Positions 38,511-52,585 of a stretch of DNA of 64,000 nt are shown here, one piece after another. Source of the DNA: Felis catus (Eukaryota); the NCBI RefSeq assembly GCF_018350175.1, contig NC_058368.1:131504001-131568000 (forward strand), given 5' to 3'. The first letter of the stretch is position 1. Every line of letters starts with the position of its first letter. The notes beneath the pieces were generated by a model. The model was given only the letters and a program-made list of their open reading frames with translations. It was not told the DNA's origin and made no database searches. The position numbers were made by a program, and so were the translations under genes.

Positions 38511-38869
38511 CAGAGAACCTCTTCTAACGTATACTCAAACGAAGAAAAAAGTAAGCTACCTAAAACCAATATTTCTCCTTTTTAAATTAATTTTTCCCCT
38601 CTTGACTATTTTTCCATTACCTCCAACTCAACTTCAGGTAATTTATTGAATGCTTCCTCTCTAAATATCAAAGTACCAAAGAGATACTAAATTACTATGT
38701 ATTTCAATAATCATTAACTTTTCAGAGCCATCCAACATGTAAGTCATAAATTTAAAGAGCCTGCTTCTATACCTTTTAGAGCCAGAAAACTGTTATAAAA
38801 ATATTTAATATCCATGATACCAAGCTGATGTGAACATAAAGTCATCCATTAATACTTAGACAAAATCAT

Positions 38870-38998
38870 GAGGCATCTGGGCGGCTCAGTTGGTTAAGCA
38901 TCCAAGTTCGGCTTAGGTCATGATCTCATGGTTCGTAGGTTTGAGCCCCACATCAGGCTTTGTACTGATAGCTCAGAGCCTGGAGCCTGCTTCAGATC

Positions 38999-39034
<36 letters not shown>

Positions 39035-39100
39035 GCCCCTACCCTGCTCACTCGCTCTCTCTCTCAAAAATAAATGAAGATTAAAAAATTTAAAAAAAAA
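38870..39100 (+). mobile_element. Can-SINE
   Basis: Head, (GTCT)/(CT) tract, tail; flanking repeat aatacttagac. Confidence 0.9.
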
Positions 39101-39694
39101 TACTTAGACGCAATCAGAACAGATACCTCCATTCCTATAGAAGCAATTTAAGCACCAGAGGTTATATGAGATAATGCATGCATAAATGTAACAATTTGGA
39201 TCATACTTCCCATTAGCTCTTGCAAATGTAACACACACGCACACCCCTAGGGCATAATTTTGCAATGTGCGATGGGGATCTAGAACAAAAGACGATCCTC
39301 AAGGCCTCAAACACATATAAAAGTTTATGGGGCCTGATTATAAACCAGTCACAGTGTGAAGCCATTCTGTAAGAAAAAAGGGAGGAGGGAGCTACTTTTC
39401 ATTACAAACTGATTTAAATTCATCTGGTTTCTTTTACTTAATTTAGTGATGCTTAAATTTGAGTCTTAATTCCTTTATTAAAGAAATAAATTCTTTCATA
39501 ATTTGGAGTGGTGAAAAATATTGTCATAATGATGGTTACAATAAGTCAAATATTAAATTGGGTATAATCAATGTTGCTTATAAAACCAAAATAAATTTAT
39601 AAACTGATTATAAATATTAAAATCCAATGAAGTAAATACTATCATTTATTCATCGTGATGGAAAAATGACATTTGCTATATCGGTTATAACCTT

Positions 39695-39908
39695 GAGTTA
39701 TCACCTTACATCTGTCAGAATGGCTAGAATCAAGAACAAATAACAAGTGTTGGTGAGGATGTGAAGAAAAGGAAACACTCTCGCATTGCTGGTCGGAATG
39801 CCAACTGGTACAGCAAAGTACAAAACAGTATAGAGGTACTTCAAAAAATTAAGATAGACCTACTCAATGATCCATTAATTCCTCTGCTGGTATTTACTCA
39901 AAGAAAAT
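39695..39908 (+). mobile_element. L1 ORF2 C-terminal fragment
   Basis: aacaagtgttggtgaggatgtg...gctggtcggaatg region. Confidence 0.75.
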
Positions 39909-40959
39909 GTTTTGAGTCGTCAATACTATGATCCTTCCCCTGTGGTTTCTCTTTCTCTCACCCCAACTTTGTAAATAGCCATGTTATTAAACCGTATACT
40001 CTACATAGTCACTACTAAACCCAAAAGAAACTACAGCTGACTTTTGTCTTTCTACATATATCGGTGACCAGAATCATCACCCACTGAAACCTTCACAGGC
40101 TATGTTTAATTCTGAAAGTCTTCACTACAAAAGCAATGGATTCTACTCATTCTAAACGTGTATTGGGTTTAAGAACTCATGTTTATGTTTTAACTCTGTG
40201 AGAGAAGTACAAAGCAAACAGTGTATCATGAGAAGCATAGCTCCAACCATTTGAGAGCCTAAAGGAATGTGACCATGCTAGTACAGTCACCATGAAGTCA
40301 GATATCATACTATGTTCATACTGCATTTAACATTCAATTCTTGTTTAGGTCAGTAAAAGAAAACGTCTTCCATAACCTTGTAGATCTCCCATTTATCAAA
40401 ACCCTACCAACAAATGCCTCAGATTACATGTGCTTTTAACGAGTAAAATTACATTTTTTAAATGCTCCCCCATTTCAAAATGCGATGTACTACTTAATTT
40501 CATCATTTTGGGAATATCAAGTTTCATTAAAATGAATTGTTATCAGTTAATCTCTCAGAATTAGAGCGATAAATGTAAACAAATTAAAGAAATTCCACCG
40601 AATACATCTAAGATGTGTGCCCCACTATCACTTTAAAGAGAGAAAAAAATTAACCCTACATAAAATGTTACTTTTAATGGAAATAAAATAGGCATTGTCA
40701 AAATTCTATCAATTTTCAAATTCTTGAGTACACTTTAAGAAACTCTTATCCATACATTGCTTGATTGCTGTTCTAACCAAAAACTCAGTTTATCTTTTAT
40801 TTATATTAAATGACATTATATACCAAAGATAATTCCCATAATCCAATTACATTATTACTTTACCCAACACTTTCACAGTGCAATACAATACATGAAGTGG
40901 AATGTGCAGTCCTTGAAACTTAGATTTGCAAAGCATTTTAATAAGTTATTATGCTTCAT

Positions 40960-41736
40960 ATGTTCATTAGGCTTTTCCAGATTCACTCTCTTTTTCTATA
41001 CTGTTTTGAGCCCAGGTAGGCAAACCTCCGTGGACTGCATCAACGGACTTCCTTGCCTACTGGCTTCCTGTTGGATTTAACCTATGGTAGACATAGGCAG
41101 GAACTTGAGGCAAAAGGATCGGGAAAGAAAAAGGGGGCAAAGAATTTATTCCCCAGACTGTCTCCTTTCTGGGTCAATGTATACTGGTTACAATCCCTTA
41201 TGGAAAGTCATGGTTTCTAGCAGCTGATCTTTGCATGGAATATTCCCTGACCTATTAAGGCTTAGAGTATACTCTATACTAGTATTAAGAGAAATACAAT
41301 TCAAGTAACTCATGTGACCAATATAAAACATTATTAACGAGGCATTTTACATTCTTCTGTTTTCACACTCATAGGAATTCAGTATATATATTAAACTTAG
41401 CATCCCTGAATTCAGACTAGACACATTTTAAGTCTCCAATACCATATTATCCTTTCCTTATGGTTTCCCTTTCTCTCTCCGTAACTTTGTATATAGTTCT
41501 TTTATTAAAGTCTTCTCAAATTACCCACATAGGTAGGGGTGCACGGGTGACTCAGTCAGTTCAACACCTGACTCTTAATTTGGGCGCAGGTCATGATCTC
41601 CCAGTTTGTAAGACTGGGCCCCACTGTGCTGACAGCACAGAACCTGCTTGGGATTCTCTCTCCCTCTCTCTCTTTCTGGCCCTCTTCTGCTCACACACTG
41701 TGACTCTCAAAATAAATAAATAAATAAACAAACAAA

Positions 41737-41767
<31 letters not shown>

Positions 41768-41830
41768 AGTTTTAAAAAACCCACACGGGTGTATGTATCA
41801 TCTGTTTTCTGCCAGAATGACAATGATACA
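40960..41830 (+). mobile_element. LTR16-like ERVL LTR interrupted by a MER3/MER33-like fragment (~41290-41445) and a SINE
   Basis: tggactgcatcaacggacttccttgcc..tggcttcctgttggattt, ctttattaaagtcttctcaaattaccc and tcatctgttttctgccag motifs. Confidence 0.6.
41536..41778 (+). mobile_element. Can-SINE with (TAAA)n tail
   Basis: Diverged head and tetranucleotide tail. Confidence 0.85.
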
Positions 41831-44073
41831 CATAGGGAAAGGCTTGATATAATGATTAAGAACAAGTAGTGTGTGAAATTACACAAAGTACAATCTCAAC
41901 TGCATGAAAAATGCACATAAAAGAAACTGCAAGGAAATACCACAAAATGTTTACCTGAAGTAATGAAATTTCCAGCATGTTCTGTTTCTTGGTGCTTTTC
42001 TATACTCTCCAAATTATATGAAATTTATAAAAGAGAATTTTAAATGTCAAAACAGAAATCCAGTATAACACTTAGCCAAACTGATCAGCTGAACAAACTC
42101 ACAGAAATTGACTACTTGTGCTCACCTTCTTACAATAATAGAACCTACCCCCAAAAAAGGCCTATAAAAAGAAAATTGAAATCAATCGAATATAGTTTTA
42201 TGGTATAAACAGAATGTCAAACAAACTGAAAATAACAGTACTTTCAGCAAATCTTAGCATTTCTGCAGAGAGAAAGGGGAGTCAAAGACCACTGAGCTCA
42301 GACCACACAGCTAGTATGAACATTCATAGTTCCTTTCTTTCACAACACAGGCAAGCAGAACAAAGTCAGCACACGTGGTCCAGTTTAATGTATACAAGAC
42401 TAAAATTAGTAATCATATACAAACTGGATTTAAATGTGGACCATGTCTAAATTTTAACTTCTAAATCCACATGGTTATGGGTTCAAAAATATTCCTTAGT
42501 CTGTGTCAAGACAAAACAAAAGAACACAGCGAGTAAGTAAAAGTGAAAAAAGGGGATCAAAATATCGGGACTGATTTCTGCCTCTTCTCCTTCAGTCATT
42601 ATCTTCTCGGTCACCCGAGGAAACACTCTATTCAGAGTTGGAAAAGATGGATGGAACGAATGATAGGATTCTATGTAATCATTTCCTTCTTGAAGTATTT
42701 GGCTTTGCCACCCTAGCAGCCCTACAGTAGACATTCCCCAATATCTGTGTAAAATACTTCAACATCCTTTTGTCCCTCACATCTGCCTCTCCTAATGACT
42801 TTAAATGTCCTTGTTTAATCCCTACAAATACCCTGTGAAATAGGGAGCGTTCTTTTCCTTATGTCCCATCTGATAAAACTAAGGTTTTGAGAGACTACTT
42901 ACTTTTTTTCAAGATCACTTAACTAGAGGATGGTGGAACCAGATTTTAGGTCCAGCTAGCTCCAAAGCCTGTGAGCTTACCTGCTCTGATAATGTTCTCA
43001 CTTTTGTATAGGCACAAATAAATATGTGGCCTCATAATCTAGTAATAAAATCAAAACTATGTTTGATTGCAAATATTCAGATCCATTGAACAATCCTGTT
43101 GGTCAGCTCCCAAATGCTCTAACTCAGTGTGTAAAATTGATAAACAGGAGTATTCAACTCCTATCATGGTAGTTGTCAAATTAGAGTGACCTCTCTAGGG
43201 ATGAAAGACCTATACACTACAAATCGTAAGAAATTGGTGAAATAAATTGAAGCCAAAAATAAATGCAAAGATATTCTCTGCTCATGGACTGGAAGAATTA
43301 ATACTGTTATAACATCCATATTACCCAAATAATCTACAGATTCAATGAAATCTGTCAAAATTCCAATGGTGTTGATAGAGGTAGGTGGGAGGTGGGCTGG
43401 CTGATGGGTGATGGGTATTGAGGAGGGCACTTGTTGGGATGAGCACTGGGTGCTCTATGTAAGTGATGAATCACTGAATTCTACTCCCGCAACCAATACT
43501 GCACTGTATATTAACTAAAATTTAAATTTAAAAAATTCCAGTGGTGTTTCTCACAGAAATAGATCAAACAATCTTCAAACTGTTATGGAACCATAAAAGA
43601 CCCCCTCCAAAAAAACAAAGCAATCTTAGCAGAAAACAATAAAGCTGGAAGCATCACATAGCTTGATCTCAACCTATATTAGAAAGCTATCATAACCAAT
43701 ACAGTATGGTGTTGCCATAAAAACAGTGACACAAATCAATGAAACAGAATACAGAGAGAGAAGATGAAAACACTAACTCAAAAAGATATATGCATCCCAT
43801 GTTCACTACAACATTATTTCAATATTATTTACAAGAATCAAGATATGGAAGCAATCTAACTGTCCACCAATGGATAAATGAAAAGGAAAATATGAGATAT
43901 ATGTATATACACACACATAGATACATACACACATATATGTACACATACATAAATGCACATATACACACAACACATATATACATATACATGTATACACACA
44001 CACACATATATATACACACACACATGCACACACACAAAATGAACTATTATTCAGCCATAAAAAAGGAACTTTT

Positions 44074-44292
44074 GAGGTGTCTGGGTGGCTCAGTTAGTTA
44101 AGAGTACGACTTCAGCTCAGATCATGATCTCATGGTTCATGAGTTCAAGCCCCACATGGGGCTCTGCGCTGACAGGTCAGATCCTGGAGGGTGCTTTGGA
44201 TTCTGTGCCTCCATCTCTCTCTGCCCCTCCCTGTTCACACGGTTTCTGCCTCTCAAAAATAAACATTGAAAAAAACATTTTTAATAAAAATT
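44074..44292 (+). mobile_element. Can-SINE
   Basis: Head and tail, followed by a purine microsatellite. Confidence 0.88.
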
Positions 44293-44328
<36 letters not shown>

Positions 44329-44350
44329 AGAAAGAAAAGAAAAGAAAGAA

Positions 44351-44406
<56 letters not shown>

Positions 44407-44488
44407 AAAGGAAGGAAGGAAGGAGGGAGGGAGGGAGGGAGGGAGGACAGAGGGAGGGAGGGAGGGAGGGAGGGAAAGAAAAAGAAAA
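44293..44488. repeat. (GAAA)n-(GAAG)n-(GAGG)n compound microsatellite
   Basis: Directly visible, almost pure purine strand. Confidence 0.95.
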
Positions 44489-44974
44489 TCTTGTCATTTG
44501 TAACAACATGGGTGAAACTTGGGCGCATTATGCTGAGTGAACATAAGTCAGACAGACAAAGAGAAATACTGTATGATCTCGCTTATGTGTGGAATATAAA
44601 AACAAAAACAAAACAAAACAAATAAAATAGGTTCATGGATACAGAGAACCCACACTGATTGCATGAAGCAGGGTTGGGGGATGGGCAGAATGGATTAAGG
44701 GTGTTAAAAAGTACAAACTCCCACTTACAAAATAAATAAGTCATTGAAAATTAATGTACAGCATGGGGACTATAGCTAATAATATTGTGTATTTGAAGTT
44801 AAGAGAAAACATCTAAAAAGTTTCATCATGAGAAAATGTATAACTATGTATGCTGATGGATGTTAACTAAACTTAGTGTAGTGATCATTTTGCAATATAT
44901 ATAAATATCAAACTAGATTGTACAACTGAAACAAATATACTATCATATGTCAAATATTTCTAACTGAAAATTAT

Positions 44975-45187
44975 TTTAATTTTGTAAATATTTATTTTTG
45001 AGAGAGAGAGAGAGAGGGAGTATAAGTGGGGAAGGGGCAGAGAAAGGGGGAGACACAGAATCCAAAGCAGGCTCCAGCCTCTGAGCTGTCAGCACAGAGC
45101 CCAATGCTGGGCTCAAACTCACAAACCCGTGAGATCATGACCTGATGCAAAATTAGACGCTTAACCAACTGAGCCACCAGGCACCCC
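44975..45187 (-). mobile_element. Can-SINE
   Basis: Reverse-complement SINE body. Confidence 0.9.
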
Positions 45188-45416
45188 TAAATTAAAAAAA
45201 AATTTAAAGATGTCTCTCATTATCTGATAGGACAAGCAAACAAAAATCAATAAAGATATAAAATGTTTAAAGAATATGATCAACCAACTTGACAACACTG
45301 ATGTATCAAACACTATACATGATGATAGAATATACTTATGTTTGAGGGGATATAAATCACTTAACAAAACAGACTATATGCTGGCTCATAAAACAAGTAT
45401 CAAAAATTCCATAATA

Positions 45417-45643
45417 GGGGCGCCTGGGTGGCGCAGTCGGTTAAGTGTCCGACTTCAGCCAGGTCACGATCTCGCGGTCCGGGAGTTCGAGCCCCGCGTC
45501 AGGCTCTGGGCTGATGGCTCAGAGCCTGGAGCCTGTTTCCGATTCTGTGTCTCCCTCTCTCTCTGCCCCTCCCCCGTTCATGCTCTGTCTCTCTCTGTCC
45601 CCCCAAAAAAATAAATAAACGTTGAAAAAAAAATTTAAAAAAA
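45417..45643 (+). mobile_element. Can-SINE (young)
   Basis: Near-consensus body; TSD aaaaattccataatag. Confidence 0.95.
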
Positions 45644-46073
45644 AATTCCATAATAGTATAACATATAGAGTATGCTCTTTGACCATAATGAAATTAAACA
45701 AGGACCCATTAATAAAAAAGATAATTAGAGAAGCCCTAAATGTTTAGAAATTAGGAAACACAAATCTAAATTACTTACAGGTCAAAGAAAAAAAATCACA
45801 ATGGAATTTTGACATGAAAGAAAATGAAGAAACAATACATTAGAAGTTGTTGAATGTAGCTAAACCAATGCTTAGATGATAATTTATAGCTTAAAATGGA
45901 TAGAAAATAGAAATATTGAAAAATATATAATCAAGCCTCCACCTCAAAAAGAACTAAAAAACAAAAGGCAAAATAAGTTGAAAGAGAAAATATTAATGAC
46001 AAGAGCAAAATAAACAAAATAAAAAGCAAATATTATAAGAAAATTATAAGAAAAATATTGTAAACACATTTCT

Positions 46074-46312
46074 TTTTTTATATTAAATTTAATTTATTGT
46101 CAAATTGGTTTCCATACAACACCCAGTGCTCATCCCAGCAGGTGCCCTCCTCAATGCTCATCACCCACTTTCCCCTCTCCCCCACCCATCAGCCCTCAGT
46201 TTGTTCTCAGTATTCAAGAGTCTCTTATGGTTTGCCTCCCTCCCTCTCTGTAACATTTCTTCCCCCATTCCCCTCCCCCATGGTCTTCTGTTAAGTTTCT
46301 CGGGATCCACTA
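46074..46312 (-). mobile_element. Felid L1 3' end
   Basis: Reverse-complement 3' UTR; TSD taaacacatttct at 46061-46073 and 46313-46325. Confidence 0.9.
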
Positions 46313-46737
46313 TAAACACATTTCTATAAACAAATTTAAAACTTAAAAAAAAAAGACAAATTCCTTGAAAAATACTAACTTACCAAAATTGAAGGATATA
46401 AAAACCAGAATTTTCCTATACCTATTAAAGGAATTGAAAACATAATTTAAAACTGTTCAGCAACAACAACAACTCTAGTCCCAGAATTACCTGGGTAATT
46501 CTTACAAACATTTTTAAGAGAAAATACTACTATCCTTACAGGAACTCTTTCAGGAAAGAGAAAAAAAGAAAAAGACTTTCCAAGTCATTTTATAAGGTTG
46601 CCATTATCTTGATACCAAAACCTGAAAGACATCACAAGATAAGGAAGTTGCAGGTCAATATCCTTCATGAACACAGTCATAAAATCCTTTAACAAGATTT
46701 TAGCAAATTTAATCCAAAAATAAAAATAAATAAATAA

Positions 46738-46970
46738 GGGGCATCTGGGTGGTTCAGTGGGTTAAAAACCCAACTCTTGATTCCCACTCAGTTTACGATC
46801 TCATGGTCATGAGATCAAGCCCTACATTGGTGTCTGTGCTGAGCATGGGGCCTGCTTGGGATTCTCTCTCTCTCTCCCTCTCTCTGCCCCTCCCCCACTC
46901 ACTCTCCCCCTTCCCTGTCTCTCTCTCTCTCAAAATTTAAAAAAAAAACGTAAAAAGTATTTTAAAAATA

Positions 46971-47012
<42 letters not shown>
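46738..47012 (+). mobile_element. Can-SINE with (TAAA)n tail
   Basis: Diverged head, CT tract. Confidence 0.87.
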
Positions 47013-47013
<1 letters not shown>

Positions 47014-47778
47014 GACATCATAACCAAGGAGGGCTTGCTCTAGAAGTTAAATAATGGCTTAACATTTGAAAATAAATTAATGTAACTTCACCACATTAAC
47101 AGAATAAAGGATGAAAATCATGATTTCCTATACCTATTTTAAAAGGTGCAGAGAAAATGTCATACATTTTAATATTCATTCGTGATTTTTAAAAAATTAC
47201 CTGCAAACTACGAATAAAAGAGTTTGGAGGTAGAAAACCTTTTGGGTAGAAATTTTCCACATAAAGGTCCATATAAAATTTATATGGAAATAGAGAAGTC
47301 CTGCAACATCCAAGGAACTACTCAGGAACAAGAAAACCGTAAGACACTCTAGCTATGAAGACTTATTATAAAGCTATGGTATTAAGACAGTATAGTATTA
47401 AATCAATGGAAGAGAATACAATCCAATAATTGGCACTCACATACACAGTCACTTGACTAATTACAAAAACACCACATCAATTCAGCGTGAAAAAGGACAG
47501 CTGGAGCAGGTAAAAAAATACATAAATATGAATATTATAAACACATATGAATGACAGGAGGAGAAAACGGTGATGTCCCCCACCTCAACCACTTACTGAA
47601 GTTAATTCAAGGTGGATCATACATCTAATATACAAATCTGAGCAAGAGATCTTCCAGAAGAGATCTTAGGAAAATCTCTTCCTAACCTTGGAACAAAGAC
47701 CTTTTAAGTTGACCAGAATAAGCACTAATCATAAAGAAAATATTAAGAAATTGGATTCATTTAAATTAAGAACTTGTA

Positions 47779-47997
47779 GGGGTGCCTGGGTGGCTCAGTC
47801 GATTAAGCATCCGACTTCGGCTCAGGTCATGATCTCACAGTTTGTGAGTTTGAGCCCCGCATCGGGCTCTGTGCTGACAGCTCAGAGCCTGGAGCCTGCT
47901 TCACATTCTATGTCTCCCTCTCTCTCTGCCCCTTCCCTGCTCATGCTGTGTCTCTCTCTGTCTCAAAAATAAACATTAAAAAAAATTTTTTTTAAAA
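47779..47997 (+). mobile_element. Can-SINE
   Basis: TSD aaattaagaacttgta. Confidence 0.93.
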
Positions 47998-49130
47998 ATT
48001 AAGAACTTGTATTGATCAAAGTACACCATTAAAAGAGTAAAAAGGTAAGCCACTGACTGGATAATGTAGGGGCAAAGCATATGTTAAATGATGGAATAAT
48101 ATCCAGAATATATTCAGAACTCTTATCAATCAAAAGACAGTCCTCTTTTTAATAGGTTAAAAAAATTTTAAAGAACTAATGCAACTGGCCAATAACCATA
48201 ATAAAAAAAGCTCAGTACAATTATTTAATGGGAAATGCAAATTAAACCAACAATGGTAAAATTAAATAGACAATACCAAATGGCGAGAATGTGAAACAAT
48301 TAAAATTCTGAAACATTATTCATGAAAACATAGCTGGCAAAACTATTTTGGGTAAACGCTTGGCAGCATCTATTAAAGCTATACATATGCCTATATGTGA
48401 CACACAAATCCCACTCCTGGGCATACACCCAACACAAATGAATGTTTCTGCCCACTAAAAAAATTGTACAAAAATGTTGATGCTAATAATTTCCTAAGTG
48501 CAAATACTGGAAAAATTCATACATCCTTCAACAGATTAATAAATTATGATATATTCACACATTAGAATACAGTTCAGCAATACAAAAGAACAAATTAGTG
48601 ACACAGGCAACAATATAGTTTAATCCCAAATGAACAATGTTGAGCAAAAGAAGCCATGTCCACAAAAGAGTACAAACTGTATGCTCTTTCCTGGTCAGTG
48701 AAAGAATAGTGGTATGTGACTGGGAAGGGAATGAGGAAATTATTTAGGGTGTTAGAAACATTTTATATTTTTGGTTGAGTGATAACTACATTAGAAAAAA
48801 ATCACTGAGCTCCCCACTTAAGATTTGTGTAATCACGAATACATCACTTCTTTTTAGTGAAAAAAAAAAACAAACAAACAACTGAAAATAACACAGACAC
48901 ACTATGAAAGGCAGTAAAAAAAAAAATGTGAATACAAAAAGTGAGTAATACAGGAGTTCAAAGGACTCTCCGGACACTTATATTAAAATGCAAAGTAAAA
49001 CCATAAATATGAACTGACTTGAACAGACAGAAATACGATAAGCACACAGAGTAAGCATATGAGTAAACTGTAGAATGCGGAAACATAGGCTTATGCAGTT
49101 GACAACTATTCCAAGTAAAATGACACAGAT

Positions 49131-49311
49131 CAGCAGTTTCTAAATTATGTCCCCAGAGCAGCAACATCAACATCACCTAGCAACTTGTTGGAAATTCAAA
49201 TTCTCAGGTCCCCTTCCAGACAGACAGAATGAGAAACTGTGGGATTGCTCAGAAATCTGTTTCAACAAACCCTCCAGATGATTCTGCCACATGAAAAATT
49301 CGAGAACCACC
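49131..49311. mobile_element. MER5A-like hAT-Charlie MITE
   Basis: cagcagtttctaaa...catcacctag..cttgttggaaattcaaattctcagg...gagaaccac. Confidence 0.8.
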
Positions 49312-49534
49312 ATTATGAAAAAACTGGAAAAAAAATCTATGAAAGTAGGCTGTAACTACAGTTTTAATCCTTGGAAAAAAACCATGAAAATTATTTGGGA
49401 TGAAATCAATATATTAAATGAGAAATCAAAAGTATAATTAAGAGTTATTCTGGGGAGAAGGTGAGGAGTTTGACTTCAGACACAAAATGTACTATTCAAG
49501 GAGACATCAAAGTGTTTCTCAATACACAGATCAA

Positions 49535-50738
49535 AATAAAGGATTGAAAAAGAGGTCAGGTGAAACCATAAAATCCTAGAAAAGAACATAGGCAGTAATT
49601 TCGTTGACACTGGCTGCAGCAACTTCTTTCTAGGTATGTCTCCTGAGGCAAAGGAAACAAAAGCAAAAATAAACTTTTGGGATCCCATCAATATAAAAAG
49701 CTTCTGCACAACAAAGGAAACTGTTAACAAAAACTAAAAGGCAACCTACAGAATGGGAGAAGATATTTACAAATGACCTATCAGATAAAGGGTTAGTATC
49801 CAAAATATACAAAGAATTCGTATTCCAATTAAAAACTGGGCAGAAGACATGAATAGACATTTTTCCAAAAAAAACATCCAGATAACCAATAGACACATGA
49901 AAAGATGCTCAACATCACTCATCATCACGGAAATACAAATTAAAACCACAATGAGCCATCACCTTACTTGTCAAAATGCCTAAAATCAACAACAGAAGAA
50001 AAAACAGGTGCTGGCAAGGATGTGGAGAAAGGGGAACTCTCTTACAATGTTGGTGGGAATGCAAACTGGTGCAGCCACTCTGGAAAACAGTATGGAGTTT
50101 CCTCAAAAAGTTAAAAATAGAATTACCCTATATCCAGCAATTGCACCACTAGGTATTTACCCAAAGGAGGCAAAAATACTTTCAAAGGGATACATGCATC
50201 TCAACGTGTATAGCAGCATTATTTACAGTAGCCAAATTATGGAAACATTTCACGTCCATTGATTAATAAATGGATAAAGAAGATGTGGCGTGCACGTGCG
50301 CGCGCACACACACACACACATACACACACACACACAATGGAGTATTATTCAACCACTAAAAAGGATGAAATTTTGCCACTTGTAATGACATGGATGGAGC
50401 TAGAGAGTATTATGCTAAGCAAAATAAGCCAATCAGATAAAAACGAATACTACATGATTTCACTCATATATAGAATTTTTAAAAAAGCAAGTTAAGCAAA
50501 GGGAAAAAAAGAGAGAGACAAAAGCAAATCAAGAAACAAGCTCTTGACTATAGAGAACAAACTGATAGTAATCAGAGGGGAGGGGAGTGGAGGGATGGGT
50601 GAAATAGGTGATGGGCACTAAGGAATACACTTGTGATGAGCACTGGATGTTGTACAGAAGTGGTGAATCACTATATTGTACACCTCAACTAATATTACAC
50701 TGTATGTTAACTAACTGGATTTTAAATAAAAACTTTTA
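49535..50738 (+). mobile_element. Carnivore L1, 5'-truncated
   Basis: ORF2 end (aaaagcttctgcaca, ggtgggaatgcaaactgg) and carnivore 3' UTR. Confidence 0.9.
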
Positions 50739-51094
50739 AAAGGTCAGGGCTAGATGACAGATATAGGAATAGAATATATAAAGTAATTAATTCCAAAAGA
50801 ATTTATAAAGTGCTACACATTGCTACTTCCTAGGGATATAAAGATGAACAGAAATACGCCCTACCATTATTGCCAACAATATACAATCTACATCAGAGGT
50901 TCTCTACTTTCTATCTCAAGACTCCTTTCACTCTTAAAAAGTTAATGAGCACCCCAAAAAGCTTTCTTATGTGGGTTATAGCTGTCAATATTTACCACAT
51001 TAAAATGAAAATTGAGAAATTAGAATATATAGCTATTAACTCATTTAAATACTGGTAATAAACCCTCTGCATGTATTTTTATGAAGAATTTATT

Positions 51095-51308
51095 TTTTTT
51101 TAATTTTTGTTTATTTACTTTTGAGACAGAGAGAGACAGAGCATGAACGGAGGAGGGTCAGAGAGAGAGGGAGACACAGAATCTGAAACAGGCTCCAGGC
51201 TCTGAGCTGTCAGCACAGAGCCGGATGTGGGGCTCGAACTCAGGGACCCTGAGATCATGACCTGAGCAGAAGTCAGACGTTTAACCGACTGAGCCACCCA
51301 AGCACCCC
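51095..51308 (-). mobile_element. Can-SINE
   Basis: TSD aagaatttatttt. Confidence 0.93.
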
Positions 51309-51635
51309 TCAAGAATTTATTTTCTAAAGCAAAAATGTATCAGTGACTAACGTAGATTTCTGCAAATCTCTTTAACGTCTAGCAAATCTCTTTAATGTCT
51401 AGCTTCATAGGAATAGCTGAAGTCTCCTATCTGTTGCTGCATTCAGTCTATTGAAATTGCTTTGGTTGAAGCATGTGAAGCAAATCTGGTCTTCCACAGA
51501 CAGGTAACCAGAAAAGTATTCCAGTAAGTTTTCCAGATAATTGTGGTTATTTTTCTTTGATACACAGCAAAACTCAACCAGAGACAGTTTCTGAACAATT
51601 AGTTGTACTATGATATCTGAAACCATATCAACAAA

Positions 51636-51966
51636 GTTTTTTTAAATATATGAAATTTATTTATCTTTTTTCTCCTTTATTTTTTTTTATTCTTTCAATA
51701 TATGAAGTTTATTGTCAAATTGGTTTCCATACAACACCCAGTGCTCATCCCAAAAGGTGCCCTCCTCGATACCCATCACCCACCCTCCCCTCCCTCCCAC
51801 CCCCCATCAACCCTCAGTTTGCTTTCAGTTTTTAAGAGTCTCTTATGCTTTGGCTCTCTCCCAGTCTAACCTCTTTTTTTTTTCCCTTCCCCTCCCCCAT
51901 GGGTTCCTGTTAAGTTTCTCAGGATCCACATAAGAGTGAACACATATGGTATCTGTCTTTCTCTGT
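51636..51966 (-). mobile_element. Young felid L1 3' end
   Basis: Reverse complement of the same 3' UTR as 17040-17330. Confidence 0.92.
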
Positions 51967-52051
51967 TTTCAAACTCCATACACATGAGAAAATTAGAGTG
52001 AACGAGGCAACTAGCATCTATTAAGACTGTTATTAAAATAGATTAGGCTTT

Positions 52052-52255
52052 GGGGCGCCTGGGTGTTTCAGTCAGTTAAGTATCCGACTTCGGCTGAGGA
52101 CATAATCCCAGGTTGTGAGTTCAAGCCCCGCATCAGACTCCGCACTGGCAGTGTAGAACCTGCTTGCAATTGTCACTCTTTCCTTTCTCTCTGCCACTCC
52201 CCTACTCACACTTTCTCCCTCTCTCAAAATTAATAAGTAAATTAAAACTTTAAAA
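52052..52255 (+). mobile_element. Can-SINE
   Basis: ggggcgcctgggtg head, CT tract, tail. Confidence 0.88.
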
Positions 52256-52585
52256 CGATAGCACTGGCTTTGAGGACCTCCATAAGGATCTCATGGACAC
52301 CTCCAAGAATCCCCAAACTATTCTTCAAGAATATTTGGCAAAAGCCAAATAAGCTTTTGGTCTAGGCAGCTGTGTCTAATCTGATCCATCTGACCTCTCT
52401 GAGCTCATCTTCTATCAATCTTCCCTCTGCCTCCTCTGCTCCAGCCACTGTCACCTCCTGGTGTTTGTGGAACCCTCTAAGCACATCCCTACCTCAAAAT
52501 CTTTGCTCTTGTCATTTTCTCAGCCTGACACACTTCCCTCATAGATTGCCACATGTCTCATACTACCTCACTTCACTCAGATCTA

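Larger units (their letters stand above)
43195..44965 (+). mobile_element. L1MA-like element with nested L1 tail, SINE and microsatellites
   Basis: ORF2 fragments (KDILCSWTGRIN) and 3' UTR; nested carnivore L1 3' end at ~43375-43530 with TSD aaaattcca(a/g)tggtgtt. Confidence 0.82.
45210..48830 (+). mobile_element. Very decayed old L1M ORF2 and 3' fragments with several insertions
   Basis: A-rich strand with remnants such as tgaccataatgaaattaaac, gataccaaaacctg and aatcccactcctgggcatacaccc. Confidence 0.7.
50894..52332. mobile_element. Charlie1-like hAT DNA transposon fossil split by two SINEs and an L1 tail
   Basis: ctcaagactcctttcactcttaaaaa...accccaaaaagcttt..tatgtgggttata and tattgaaattgctttggttgaag motifs. 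Confidence 0.6.

Noticed and set aside
38640..38735. Minus-strand LDGSE...SNLVSL as a nucleotidase exon
   Set aside because: Spacing is off, there are no splice sites, and the end resembles an L2 terminus.
42483..42734. 83-aa minus-strand ORF in unique sequence
   Set aside because: No recognisable motif; does not match the expected nucleotidase core.
44253..44625. K/E/R-rich and F/L/S-rich ORFs
   Set aside because: Translations of the GAAA/GAGG microsatellite.
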